Shown here piece after piece: positions 49,802 through 61,713 of a stretch of 64,000 nt of DNA. Both the position numbers and the translations under genes were made by a program. How positions within the stretch are numbered: the stretch's first letter is position 1; every line of letters starts with the position of its first letter. The notes under the pieces were generated by a model. It saw only the letters and a list, made by a program, of their open reading frames with translations. It was not told the origin of the DNA and made no database searches. Origin of the DNA: Anthoceros angustus (taxonomy: Eukaryota > Plantae > Anthocerotophyta); assembly GCA_010909165.1 (NCBI GenBank), contig VJWM01000226.1, positions 1 through 64,000 of the forward strand, given 5' to 3'.

Positions 49802-50377
49802 CAGCCCCGGGGAGGGAGAAGGCGACCGGCGCGATTTTCCTGACTTCCCGTCGTGTTCCTGATCACCTGTCGCCTCCCGTCGAAATCGTACCAGTCACCA
49901 CACAAGCCTCCTCCTCTGCATACGTACAGTATTTGCGTATTTCAGATGGCAAAGCGCAGAAATCAGGCCTGGGACGGAGGAGAACGGATGAACTGCGAAA
50001 ACAAGTTCAGGCCTAATTCCCCAGGTAGATAGGTACTTACTTATTATACCCTAACAATTTAGTTATCGCCCGTTATCGAGGTAGGGAATGCAAAGGCAAT
50101 AGAATTTCTGGTTCTTCTTCTGCCATTCGCGGCTCTTTTACCATGTGCTTTAATTGTGTTAGAAATCTCTTATCTCGCCACTTCGGTTCCGGAACATGGA
50201 GTCGTGTGATTCGCGGGCAAGTAACAGACTTCATGCGATTGGGAACCAAGAGGACAACAGGTTTAGAGGCGGCCGATATGTGCACGCCGGGCTTCGACTG
50301 GAGTGGGACATTATAGGCCGGGCGCTGGACCTTATCTCACCGGCAGCGGGGCGGGCTGAGTGTCGAGGGAGGGAGAC

Positions 50378-53300
50378 ATGGCGCAGGTGATGCAGGCTCC
50401 GAGCCTGATGCCGTCGATGGCGTCCGTTCCGATTGCCTCGTCTGCTGCTGCAGCTCATTTTGTGGGCGGCAGCAATGTGGGCGGAGCGGGAGGGATTCGG
50501 TGCGCCGTGAGCCTGCCCAACGCGTTCTGGGGCGCTGGGCTGGGGAGCGTTGGCAAGCGGCATGCTAGCTGCGAGGCTCGCGGGGATGGGGTGCGATGGC
50601 AGGTGGCGGTGGCGGTGGCTGCGGCTGCTGCGGTGGAGCGGAACGGGGCGGCCACCTCCCAGGCTGTGGAGGTGCGGAAGGACATGGACCAGACGTTTTA
50701 CGGCCGCCAGTTCTTCCCTCTTGCTGCTGTTGTTGGGCAGGTGAGGCGCGGTTGGCAACCTCTGCTTTGGGTTTTTGTAGAAATGAATTTCCAGGCCCCG
50801 GTGGATTCGGGGAGGGTTGTGGGGAGAGGAATTTGGGGCAGCGGCGGTTTTGGGTGCTTTGGGTTGGGATGATGGTGGGTTGGAAGTGATGGGAGGGAGG
50901 GCGTGGAATTTGCAGCGGGTGGATGGAATGCATTTTGAGGTTCAGGGTTTAAGTATTGAATGCCGTGGTTAAGGTTATGGTTTTCCCAGGATGGGTCAGT
51001 TTCAGGAAAATGTGAATGTGCTTCTTCTTGGTATTGATGTGCCAGGCACTTCATGCAGGATGCTATCAAAGCAGCTCTGCTGCTTGGGGCAGTTGACAGA
51101 TCGATAGGTGGGATTGCGATCTCAGGCAAGCGGGGCACAGCAAAGACTGTCATGGCTCGTGGCTTGCATGCTATTCTGCCCCCCATTGAGGTTGTGGTGG
51201 GCTCTATGGCAAATGCTGATCCCAAGTGCCCTGAAGAGTATGTTCTTGTTCTTGTCCTTTGTCATGTTGAACAGCAAGCCACTCACATTCTGACGCGGCG
51301 GATTTGCACGCATCATTTGATCTGCCCTACGTTGCTCTGAGCAGGTGGGAAGAAGGGCTGGCTGATACGCTACAGTACAATGAGGATGGCAGCATCAAGA
51401 CGGAGGTTATCAGGACTCCATTTATTCAGGTGCGGAAGGGAAGGCTGCTGGGAGGGTTGCACCTTGAGGCCAGACCTTGAGAGAGCTGATGATCTCCTTT
51501 CCGGTTTGCCAGATTCCACTTGGTGTGACCGAGGACCGTCTTATCGGGTCCGTGGACGTAGAAGAGTCCATCAGAACTGGAACTACAGTCTTCCAGCCAG
51601 GACTCCTTGCAGAGGCACACAGGGGAGTGCTGTATGTGGATGAGATCAACCTCCTGGACGACAGCATCAGCAACTTGCTGCTCAATGTGCTCACGGAAGG
51701 AGTGAATGTGGTGGAAAGAGAAGGAGTGAGCTTTAGGCATCCCTGCAAGCCCCTGCTCATTGCCACCTTCAACCCAGAGGAAGGATCTGTGAGGCCACAT
51801 CTTCTGGACCGCATTGCGATTAACTTGAGGTTGCAATGTTCTCCCTCCCGACCTCTCATGCGTGGAGACGTTTGAAAGTTGGTGTCTCTAACTAGCCTAT
51901 GTTTGTGTCCCAGTGCGGACGATACACTGGAATTTGACGACCGGGTGTCTGCAGTAGAGATCGCCACCCAGTTCCAGCAAAGTGCAAAGGACGTTCTGAA
52001 CGAGGTTGCTGAGGCCACTGATACCGTAAAGACGCAGGTGGGTTCTTGCCGAACTCTGCTGGTCCACTCATGGCATGGCTAGACAGTGGGTTTCTCATGT
52101 TTTCTCTCATGGCCTCTTGCAGGTCATTTTGGCAAGGGAGTGGCTGAAGGACGTGACTATCAGCTCGGAGCAGGTCAAGTATTTGGTGACAGAAGCAATC
52201 CGAGGCCGTTGTCAGGTATGGAAGGCATGGGAGGCTTTCATCATGTCCCTATTCTTCTTGTAGCTTGACCAACATGCTGCTTCTCCAAATTGTTCGTGGA
52301 AACTTTGCCGACACACTTCCTGCTCGTGGCAGGGGCATCGAGCAGAGCTCAGTGCTGTTCGGGTTGCAAAGGCACTAGCTGCATTAGAAGGACGAGATAG
52401 AGTAGGAGTTGACGATCTAAAGAAAGCTGTGAGACTCCTGCAACGTGGCTTTCGTTATCACCTGCTGTGTGCTGCTACTGTTTCTAGTCCTCACACAGTC
52501 ACGACTTCGGCATGCAGGTTGAGCTTGTCATCATCCCGAGATCCATTTTTGTAGACCCACCACCCGATCTACAAAACCAGCCACCACCACCACCGCCTCC
52601 CCCACCTCCTCAAAACCAGGACAAAGATGAAGATGAAAAGGAGGAGGAAGAAGTAGGTGCAAGACTGACTGTCGATGTTGCTGATGCGTAGCTCTGATGT
52701 CATCCTTGCCCCACATTCAACTCATGTTGTCACTGGTGCCGCAGGAAGATGAAGATGATGACGATCAAGAGGAGCAAGAACAGGAAATCCCAGAGGAGTT
52801 CATATTCGATGCTGAGGGTGGCCTGGTGGACCCCCAGCTGCTCTTCTTCGCTCAACAAGCTCAAAGGAGGAAGGGAAAAGCTGGAAGGGCCAAGAATGTG
52901 ATCTTCTCGGAGGACCGTGGCCGATACATAAAACCCATGCTTCCAAAGGTATGTAGTAACAACGTATCCACCCACTACTGGGATTGCGTTTCATCTCTTC
53001 CATGGTCGTCTGTTCCATCCTCACCTGCATCTTTGAACAGGGCCCTGTCAGGAGGCTGGCGGTTGATGCTACCTTGAGGGCGGCTGCACCATTCCAAAAA
53101 CTGAGGAGGCAGCGAGCAACTGAGAAAGGGCAGGCGAAGAGGGTGTACGTGGAGAACACTGACATGAGAGTGAAACGGATGGCCAGGAAGGCTGGGGCCT
53201 TGGTAAGTGAAGCTCCTTCCTTCCTTCCCTCCCTCTTGCTGTTTAATGACGCATGTTGCTTACCCCGGCACACAACTCTGCAGGTGGTGTTCGTTGTTGA

Positions 53301-54088
53301 TGCTAGTGGAAGCATGGCACTGAACAGAATGAACAACGCCAAAGGTGCAGCAATGCAGCTCCTCGCAGACAGCTACACCAGCAGGGACCAGGTGCCAAGC
53401 AACAAACTTCACCTCCAAGTTTCCCCGTCCACCAGGCTTGCCCACTTCATCTTTCACGCACATTCTTACATGATCCTGCATTTGCAGGTGTCCATCATAC
53501 CCTTCCGAGGAGATGCCGCGGAAGTTCTCCTCCCGCCGTCCCGGTCCATCGCCATGGCCAAGAAGAGGCTGGAGAGACTACCGTGCGGGGGAGGCTCCCC
53601 TCTGGCCCACGGCCTAAGCATGGCCGTGAGAGTAGGCCTGAACGCAGAGAAGAGTGGCGATGTCGGACGGGTCATGATCGTGGCCATCACCGACGGCCGA
53701 GCCAACGTCTCGGTGAAGAAGTCCAACGGGGATCCCGAAGCCATAGCTCCCGATGCCCCGAGGCCGACGCAACAGCAGCTCAAGGACGAAATCCTGGAGA
53801 TCGCTGGCAAGATCTTCAAAGCAGGAATGTCCCTGCTCGTCATCGACACGGAGAACAAGTTCATCTCTACGGGATTCGCCAAAGAGATAGCCCGAGTCGC
53901 CCAAGGTGCCTTCCCCTTTCTTTCCCTGTTCCCCTGCTACATCTGTCTCCCTTTCTTCTCATCCGAAACCCAAGCCAACCCCAAGCTGGCATGCCTGTGC
54001 AGGGAAATACTACTATCTTCCAAATGCATCCGACGCCGTGGTTGCAGCAGCCACCAAAGAGGCGCTGTCGGGCCTCAAGACCTCTTGA
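50378..54088 (+). CDS. CHLD: Magnesium chelatase subunit D, 789 aa, 13 exons
   Basis: Exons 50378-50740, 51059-51237, 51345-51429, 51513-51829, 51914-52037, 52123-52215, 52333-52428, 52518-52652, 52745-52948, 53041-53202, 53284-53391, 53488-53905 and 54003-54088 sum to 2370 nt. [26 protein letters not shown], Pro/acidic linker, vWA DASGS; transit-peptide-like N-terminus. Confidence 0.97.
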
Positions 54089-54698
54089 AGCAACGAGTAC
54101 CAGTTGTAGATGCCGCTTATTCAGACTCCGGTTATTTGAACGTCGTTTATTCAGATATCTTCATTCGCTCACTCAGACGCCGTCTACAAACCTAGACGAC
54201 GCGTGTTTAGACGCTGCCAATCCTGACAGCCCATGGTGGTAGACGACTCGATATTAAAGCTACTTCTTGTGCAATAAGGAGTGGGCAGGATGTGTTGGTG
54301 AACAGGCGGCCGTCATGATTGCAGAGCGAATCGCTTACGCGTGCTATCGTCCAATACAGAGATCCCATCACATTGGAGCGGGCCGGGGAGGAGAGGCGAG
54401 TCGCAGGCCACTCGTTTGTCTTCCCGCGCAACTTGTCTTCGAAGCGGCTATCGCGGATCGTGATGCGATGAGCGCTCGGAATGCGCTGGCAGCGGGATGT
54501 GGCGGATCTGAGCTCGCGAATTGCACGTAGCAGGGAGGGAAGGAGCAGAAGGCTTGGATCGAGAGTGGATTGATCGCAGCAGCATCTGGAGCAGAAGAAG
54601 CAGCGGAAGCATCAAAGGCAGCAGCTGCAGGAGAAGCATCAAAGGCGGAAGCAGCATCAGAGGGAGCAGGAGCAGCGGCGGAAGAAGCAGAAGGAGCA

Positions 54699-55614
54699 AT
54701 GGGGGGAGGGGAGGTGGGGAAAGATCTGGCGGCGGGGACGGTGGCAGGGGCGGCGCAGCTGCTGGTCGGGCATCCCTTCGACACCATCAAGGTGAAGCTG
54801 CAGAGCCAGCCGCGGGCTCTGCCAGGGCAGGCGCCGCTGTACGCGGGGGCGATGGACGCGGTGCGGAAGACCGTGCAGGCGGAGGGCCCGCGGGGGCTGT
54901 ACAAGGGCATGGGGGCGCCGCTCGCAACCGTGGCCGTCTTCAACGCCGTGCTCTTCACGGCCAGGGGCCAGATGGAGGCCTTGCTGCGGGAGCAGCCCGG
55001 GGCTCCGCTCTCCGTCGGGCAGCAGGTAGTGGCGGGCGCGGGGCGGGGAGTGGCCGTCTCCTTCGTCGCCTGCCCCACGGAGCTCGTCAAGTGCCGCCTC
55101 CAGGCCCAGAGCGCGCTGCAGGAGTCTCCTCCGGGGCGCGGCCACAGCGACAGCCGCGCTGCAGCACTACGGCGGGCCGCTGGACGTGGTCCGCCATGTC
55201 CTGCGCGCCGAGGGCGGCGCCAGGGGCCTCTTCAAGGGCCTCGTCCCTACGCTGATGCGGGAAGTCCCGGGCAATGCCGCCATGTTCGGCGCCTACGAGG
55301 CCACCAAGCAGGTGCTGGCGGGGGGGAGGGACACCTCCGAGCTCGGCCGCGGGCAGCTGCTCACTGCCGGAGGCGTCGCGGGAGCCACCTTCTGGGCCGC
55401 CGTCTACCCCACCGACGTCGTCAAGAGCGTCCTGCAGGTGGATGACTTCCGCAATCCCAAGTACAAGGGCACGCTGGACGCCTTCAACAAGGTGTTCGCC
55501 ACCGAGGGGATCAAGGGGCTGTACCGAGGATTCGGCCCCGCCATGGCCAGGAGCGTGCCTGCTAATGCCGCCTGCTTCCTCGCCTACGAGATAGTCCGCT
55601 CCAGTTTGGGATGA
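54699..55614 (+). CDS. BOU: Mitochondrial carrier, BOU/carnitine-acylcarnitine carrier clade; intronless; one frameshift near 55130 (probable error)
   Basis: GHPFDTIKVKLQSQP, LYKGMGAPLATVA, CPTELVKCRLQAQ, REVPGNA, YPTDVVKS, ARSVPANAACFLAYE; three carrier repeats. Confidence 0.88.
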
Positions 55615-56092
55615 CTGCAGGCCTAGGGATGAGCATGGCTTTGTCTTCTACTTCCTGGGCTTCCTCTTCTTCTTCCTGCTGCTGCTGCTCCCTTGTGCTG
55701 TGCCCTAAAGAGGTGAACATGGTACAAGGTTTCGGCTCCTGCCCTGCAGCTTGCAAATTGCCTCTACTTAGGGTTCAGCCATTCCAGTCATCGAGGATGC
55801 CAAGCATTCGACAGATTTCCATGTCTGTTTGTATGTGTCGCCAAGCCGTTTTACAGAATTTGTGTCACAGCTGTACAGAAGTATGGAGCCTGCTCTTGGA
55901 CTGCTTCCTCTCTAGACTCTGCTGAAGCTAGACCTCCTAAGGCCCTGCTGATCTGACGCAGTGTGACGCTGTGCTGCATTACACCACCCTCTTTCTCCTC
56001 CAGGAGGAACGAGGAAGGAGGAAGCTCTGCCTGTTGCATCTGCTGCAGGATTCGTAGGGATGCGCAGTGGTGCTTGGAGAAAGCTGCTTGCT

Positions 56093-56776
56093 TCACTCCG
56101 ACTTCTGTAGCAGCAGCTTGGAACCTAATTCAGCAGCATGCATCCAAGTGCCATATTTGTTCCGAATGCCGGCCGTGGGAGCGCCGCACTGGCCGGGCTG
56201 GCCGTGAGGCCCTTTGATCCACAGCTCCCACAGCACCTGCCGCAGCGTGGAGGGGATGAAGGTGCGGTAGACAAACCTGATGGTGAAGAAGGCCTGGACC
56301 ACGAGGCCGCCTAAGGCGAAGCGCAGCGCCTGGTTGGAGTAGATGTCACCGATGACAGGCAGGAACTGGACGGCGGGGTCGCGGAGGGAGAAGACGCGGT
56401 GCACCTTCACGTACTTCCTCGTGTTGCCGTCCCGGTCTCGAACGTCCTCCAGCTCCGCCAGGACGCAATGCTCCAGAGCCGCGGGCGCGAAAAGCTTGGA
56501 CACCGGCCGGGTGCACAGCGTGAGATGCACTGACACCACATTCTGCTGCTCGTCGTACAGGACGTGGTGGAACTCCACGTCCTGGTATTGCAGCAGCAGC
56601 TCCGATAGGTTGTAGATGGCAATGATCCCTTCCAGCCCATCCAGGTTCAGATCTATGTGGAAGAGCTTGGCGTCGGGCGTCATGTAGCGTCGAAGTACCT
56701 CCTCTTGCTGCTTCAGCGTCGGCCTGCACACCAGTCCCCGCACCAAATCCTTGATCTCTTCCGCCGGATTCTCCAT
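56093..56776 (-). CDS. NTF2/SnoaL-like fold protein, paralog 1
   Basis: Intact 227-aa ORF beginning MENPAEEIKDLVRGL..QEEVLRRYMTPDA; collinear with the neighbouring paralog. Confidence 0.72.
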   Translation of the reverse strand: MENPAEEIKDLVRGLVCRPTLKQQEEVLRRYMTPDAKLFHIDLNLDGLEGIIAIYNLSELLLQYQDVEFHHVLYDEQQNVVSVHLTLCTRPVSKLFAPAALEHCVLAELEDVRDRDGNTRKYVKVHRVFSLRDPAVQFLPVIGDIYSNQALRFALGGLVVQAFFTIRFVYRTFIPSTLRQVLWELWIKGPHGQPGQCGAPTAGIRNKYGTWMHAAELGSKLLLQKSE

Positions 56777-57336
56777 CTCTTCCGAGCGATTGGAATTCTT
56801 CTTGCAACTTCCTCTCAGTCAATCTCTGAAGCTCGGAGAATTCTACAATTTCTAACGCACTGGGGAGCCAAATCCCGGCTACGAGGAGGCAGCCGCAGTC
56901 CGCATGCCAGCCAAGTGTGCAGTGGTGTCGTGCTGCTTTCCAGACCTGCTATTCTTGACTTGCATCTTTCTTCCTTCTTCGAACAGCTGTCACTAGTGTC
57001 CTTGTCTTCAAGGCGCATGAAAATTTACAGCCCTCAGCCCTCCAATAACAACTCCGCAGTGCGCGATGGATGGTACTGACATAAACTGTCGTCGGAAGTT
57101 CCTTGCCTGCCGGCAGCTTGCATTGACAAGGATGATGCAGCTATTCACACGTGATAGTGATCCACGGAGGAATCTGTGAAGCAACTGTTTCGCACGTTGA
57201 GGTTCGTCCAAACAGAGGAAGATCACATGAGACACCGAAGAGTGCGATTTGCAGCTTGTTCCAACTTCCAAACAAGCAGAAAGATCGGTCGGCTTAAAAT
57301 TTCAAGCAAGTTGTGTGTCACAAGAAGAATGCAGAT

Positions 57337-57896
57337 TCAAGTCCAGTGAGCCAGACGCCGCTGCACCACGGACGGAACAAAAGTGGTGTAGACAGAGTGC
57401 AGCACGCGAAAGGCGGCAGAGCAGAGGTGGCCGATTAGGAAGCGGAGGCTTTCGGAGTTGTAAACATCGCCGATGATTGGCTGGAGCTGGAGAGCGGGGA
57501 GCGGATGAAGAAATCCCGTTGCACCTTGATGAACTTCCTCGTGTTACCGTCATGGTCTGTGCGGTCCTCCAGCTCCAACAACAGGTGGAAGTGGAGGGCA
57601 TCCGGCACGAAGAGCTTGTTGAGCGGCCGGATATTCACCAGCACGTGCACTGCCAACACATTCTGCTTCTCGTTGTACAGAATGTGGTAAAAGATCGCGT
57701 CCTGGTAGTTCGCCACGAGATTCCCGACCTGGTACGATGCGATCAGCGTCTCCAAGCCGACGTCGTTCACCATAAAATGGTAGAACTTGACATCGGGAGA
57801 AAAGTAGCGTCGCAACATCTCCTCCTGCCGCTCCAGCGTCGGCTTGCATACCAATCCCCTGATCACGTCCACGATCTCCTCCCGTGGATTCTCCAT
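57337..57896 (-). CDS. NTF2/SnoaL-like fold protein, paralog 2 (1-bp frameshift near 57495, probable error)
   Basis: MENPREEIVDVIRGL..QEEMLRRYFSPDV; restoring one G gives ...PALQLQPIIGDVYNSESLRFLIG...HWT*, matching paralog 1. Confidence 0.72.
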
Positions 57897-58155
57897 CCTC
57901 CTCTCGCGCCAGGCTGATGGATCAACTTTTCAGCACGCATTGATAAACTGATAAACTATAAGGTACTGCTCTCTGCCCTTCCGGAGGCATTCAAGACCAG
58001 GAGGCGCCAGGTGTACATGTGTATGTATGTTCAAGCTTGTCACAGATGGACTGGCAGGCGTTACCTGATAAACCTGATCACATCTTCGCCCTCATGAACT
58101 TGTCCAATTGAATGAGAAACAATTAAATACAAGGAGCTTCACGACCCGGTAAATT

Positions 58156-60625
58156 TTACACAGCCACAGCTTTTTTGCTGGACTCCACAATCTGGGAAGC
58201 ACACTGCCTGGCCCACAAATCATAATGCACAATCTCTTCAAGAGAAGGTCTTAGTGCTAGCTCATCTCTGTGCTTCGCGCATGTCTTTTCTATCACCTTC
58301 ACGATGTCCAGGTATCCAATTCTGCACACCGCAGCCGTGCAGTTGATGTCAGACTCTGCATACAACAAACGGGGAACAGACAAAACATGAATGGCGCGAG
58401 GTCATGGTTACTTCTCGTCGAGGAAAAGCTCCACAGCCTTCTCGTTGGCAGCGCTGAATACACCAGTCATTGTTCCACCTGCTCGACCTGCTGAGTAAGC
58501 AAGATCCATTGCAGGATACTTTTCCTTGTCTGGAGTCTTGAAGGTGAGGTTGCCCATCCTGTAAGAAGGAAGCACAGAGTCTCGTTAGGGTTCAGGGTAC
58601 AACTCTGCTGGGAACGATGACATCCGTGTTAGAAGTTCGCTTTAAAAAGCTTACTTGACGAAATCAAGACGAGGCCATGTGATCTCTGAGCAGTAAACTC
58701 TCTCTGGCCATGACATTGTGTACAATATGGGTAATCTCATGTCCGGCCATCCAAGCTGGGCGATCACAGAGGAATCCTGCGCAACAAGAGGTAAGTCCGA
58801 GTTAGAGCAGATCACAAAAGCCTCTTGATCATTGATAGCCTCAGGAAAAAGCGATGCAATGATTTACCGAGCAAAAGCCAAATTAACAGTACCTGTGTCT
58901 CAACCATGGAATGGATGATGGATTGAGGATGGATGACAATATCAATGTCATCGTACTCTGCTCCAAATAAGTAGTGAGCTTCAATGACCTCCAATCCCTG
59001 GCAAACATTTAAGGGACCCAAGTTAGGATCCGTCGAGGGCAGACAGGTCACAAAGAGAGCATGCCACGAAGTAGCGTTGGATTCAGAGTATGGACCTTGT
59101 TCACGAGAGTTGCAGAATCTACAGTGATCTTTCTGCCCATGCTCCAGTTGGGATGCTTCAGTGCATCTGCAACCTTCACCTCCTTCAGCTTCTCTACCGG
59201 CCAGTCCCTAGCGAGTGTAGACACACAGGAACCAGTGTCAGGCGAGCTCACCAAAGGCATCCAAGATGTAAAGATAAGCACAAGGCATGATCATTACCTA
59301 AAAGCACCTCCCGAGGCTGTCAGGATGATTCGACGGAGGCCACCCTCAGGCAGTCCTTGCAAACACTGTCAAGAGACCATGAAGAAGGATCTTTCAATCC
59401 AACAAGTTGCAGCCAAAGAAAGCAAATCCAGTAGTGGGACCAGGGAGGCCAATAAAGCATACCTGGAAAATCGCAGAGTGCTCTGAATCCGCAGGAAGAA
59501 TCTTTACGCCATGCTTTTGAGCCAGGGGCAGAACATAAGGTCCACCAGCAATCAGAGTTTCCTTGTTTGCCAGGGCAATGTCCTTCCCAGCTTCAATGGC
59601 AGCCACTGTTGGCTGCACGCAGACAACTGATGTTAGAACCTGAGGTTCTCGAGTTTCAAATCGTTTCTGCCAACTGCGACCTGCGCTTCAAGAGACAAAC
59701 CTTGAGGCCAGCACAGCCAACAATCCCTGTGACAACAGTCACTGCATCAGGGTGCCGGGCAACCTGCCAAACAGATAGTACTGATTCAGCTGATATTTCC
59801 ACCAGCAAACGCCACCCACCCTTCAGGAAGTCCAGGTGCTAAAATCACCTCTGACCTCAACTGTTCCCTGCTCTCCAACCACGATTTCAGGCTGCGGGTG
59901 AACATCAGCGATCGCAGCTTTGAGCTCAGCAACCAGTCCTTCGTTACGGATGGCCACAAGGCTCGGCTTAAATCTTCTCACCTGAAGTTCACAGAACCAC
60001 AGGCGAGCAGTCACAACCAAGAGCCGTGGGACACATGCTGTCAAGAACCCTAATTGAGACACCACGCCACAGCAGGATGCACCTTCATACTGTCTCACGC
60101 CATACCTGGTCCGCAAGCAGAGTCACATTCGATCCAGCAGCCAACGCCACCACCTTAAACTTGTCTGGATTCTCAGCAACGATGTCCAGGGTCTACACCC
60201 AGAATCCAGGACCCCATCTCAGCAAAAGCCAAAACCTTTCCACGCGCAACACCGAATTGAGGAAACCCACAAACCTGTGTGCCAATAGACCCAGTGGACC
60301 CAATCAAAGAGATAGGTTTGGGCCCAGTATAGTTCTTCTTCACGTCCTCAGGCACAACCACCCTCCTTGGCCATGCAGGAGGAGGGCCATTTGCAGAGCA
60401 CCTAGCACCCTGTGCGAAATGGTCAGCTCCGAGAGAACTCCTGCTCACAGCAGCTGCACCCAGTACCCACAACAATCTTTCAGTTCCACCACTCCTCCAC
60501 CTCCTCCCTCTCTAACTAAACTCGTGACTAGACTCCACCCCGCACCTTGAAGCCTGCTGCCGGAGAAGGAAGAAGAGTCGGCGAATCCCAAGCTCGCCTC
60601 ACTCTGCTGTCACCAGCACACCCAT
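58156..60625 (-). CDS. DXR: 1-deoxy-D-xylulose 5-phosphate reductoisomerase, multi-exon; the 5' exon has an apparent indel
   Basis: [89 protein letters not shown]. The start position is approximate. Confidence 0.95.
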
Positions 60626-61713
60626 AGTCACTACTCGCACCCACAATCCCGACCCAGGAAATCCAACCACGACAACAAACAGACTCCTAACAGCACATCA
60701 CACCGTTCTCCTCCCAAAAACCACAATTCTCCTACCGAAATTCCCGACGCCAGCCCCTTGCTGAGTCCGGCCACTGCCACTGCTTCTAACGCCATCTCAG
60801 CTCAGAATCCAAGCCCAAGTCCTGTATCCACCCAGCACTGAAGTACCCGATAGGCAGGCGAGGTGGGCGGAGATACAGTTGCCTTGTCCGAGGACCGAGA
60901 AACAGGAGAGCCCAGCAACCGAGATCGGAGGAAAGGACTCTCAGTAGAAACTGCAAAATCCTCTCGTCCTGCGCGGCCTGTAAATGCTGGACAGGAAAGG
61001 ATCAATCCCGACAAAACGAGGGAGGATCAGGCCAACGAATTTGTGGGCAGTCCAAGTTTGTCAGCACGCGCAGCTTCGCCCCGACTACGACGAAAGCATC
61101 TCGCTCCGCAGCTCGTCTTGCGCCTCGGACTAATTCTCATCGGGCTCCAGGAAGGCATCCAAGCCACGGATTGCACCAGCCTTGAGACTGCCGGATCCTC
61201 GGGGTCGAGGCCCCCGGTCTATACTGTCCCAGCCGGTACAGGCCCAAATATAGCCCGCCCGAGGAGCCATAGGCTGGGCGCAGTCCTCGGGCCAAACTCG
61301 GCCTCAGATTGGGTGGCGAGAGATAAAGCACGAGTTTCGGTGCGATAGGTAGAGCCACGTGCTAAAGGTCAGTCAGGAAACCGAGAAAAGTCTGACCCTG
61401 GTTAAGAACCCTGGTTCCGAGAAACTACCTTGCTCCCGTGTGTGAAACCAAGTCCGGGAACCGGGACCGGTTATTGGCCTCCACCCCGGATTGAAAACAT
61501 CCGGCTGGTGAGCGAGATGCGGGTGAGCGGAACCACGTCGGTCAGCGCCGACCGCGACACCCGACGGCGGCCGGATGCGGCGGCATGTGGGACCGCGACT
61601 TTGACGTGTCGCGGTTACGGTCCTACGCGAACAGCCCGGGGGAAGGAACTTTGTGACAGTGGCGTCTGTCGCATCCGCGCTCGGGTGTGTCGGGGAATCG
61701 AGCCCGGAGCGCG

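Noticed and set aside
52984-54195. 403-aa ORF as a separate gene
   Set aside because: It is CHLD exons 10-12 read through stop-free introns.
55120-55160. BOU as a pseudogene or programmed frameshift
   Set aside because: Both halves are highly conserved, the shift lies in a G/C run and similar indels occur throughout the window; error is more likely.
58584-58597. Interstitial telomeric repeat (TTAGGGTTCAGGG)
   Set aside because: Only two imperfect units, inside a DXR intron.
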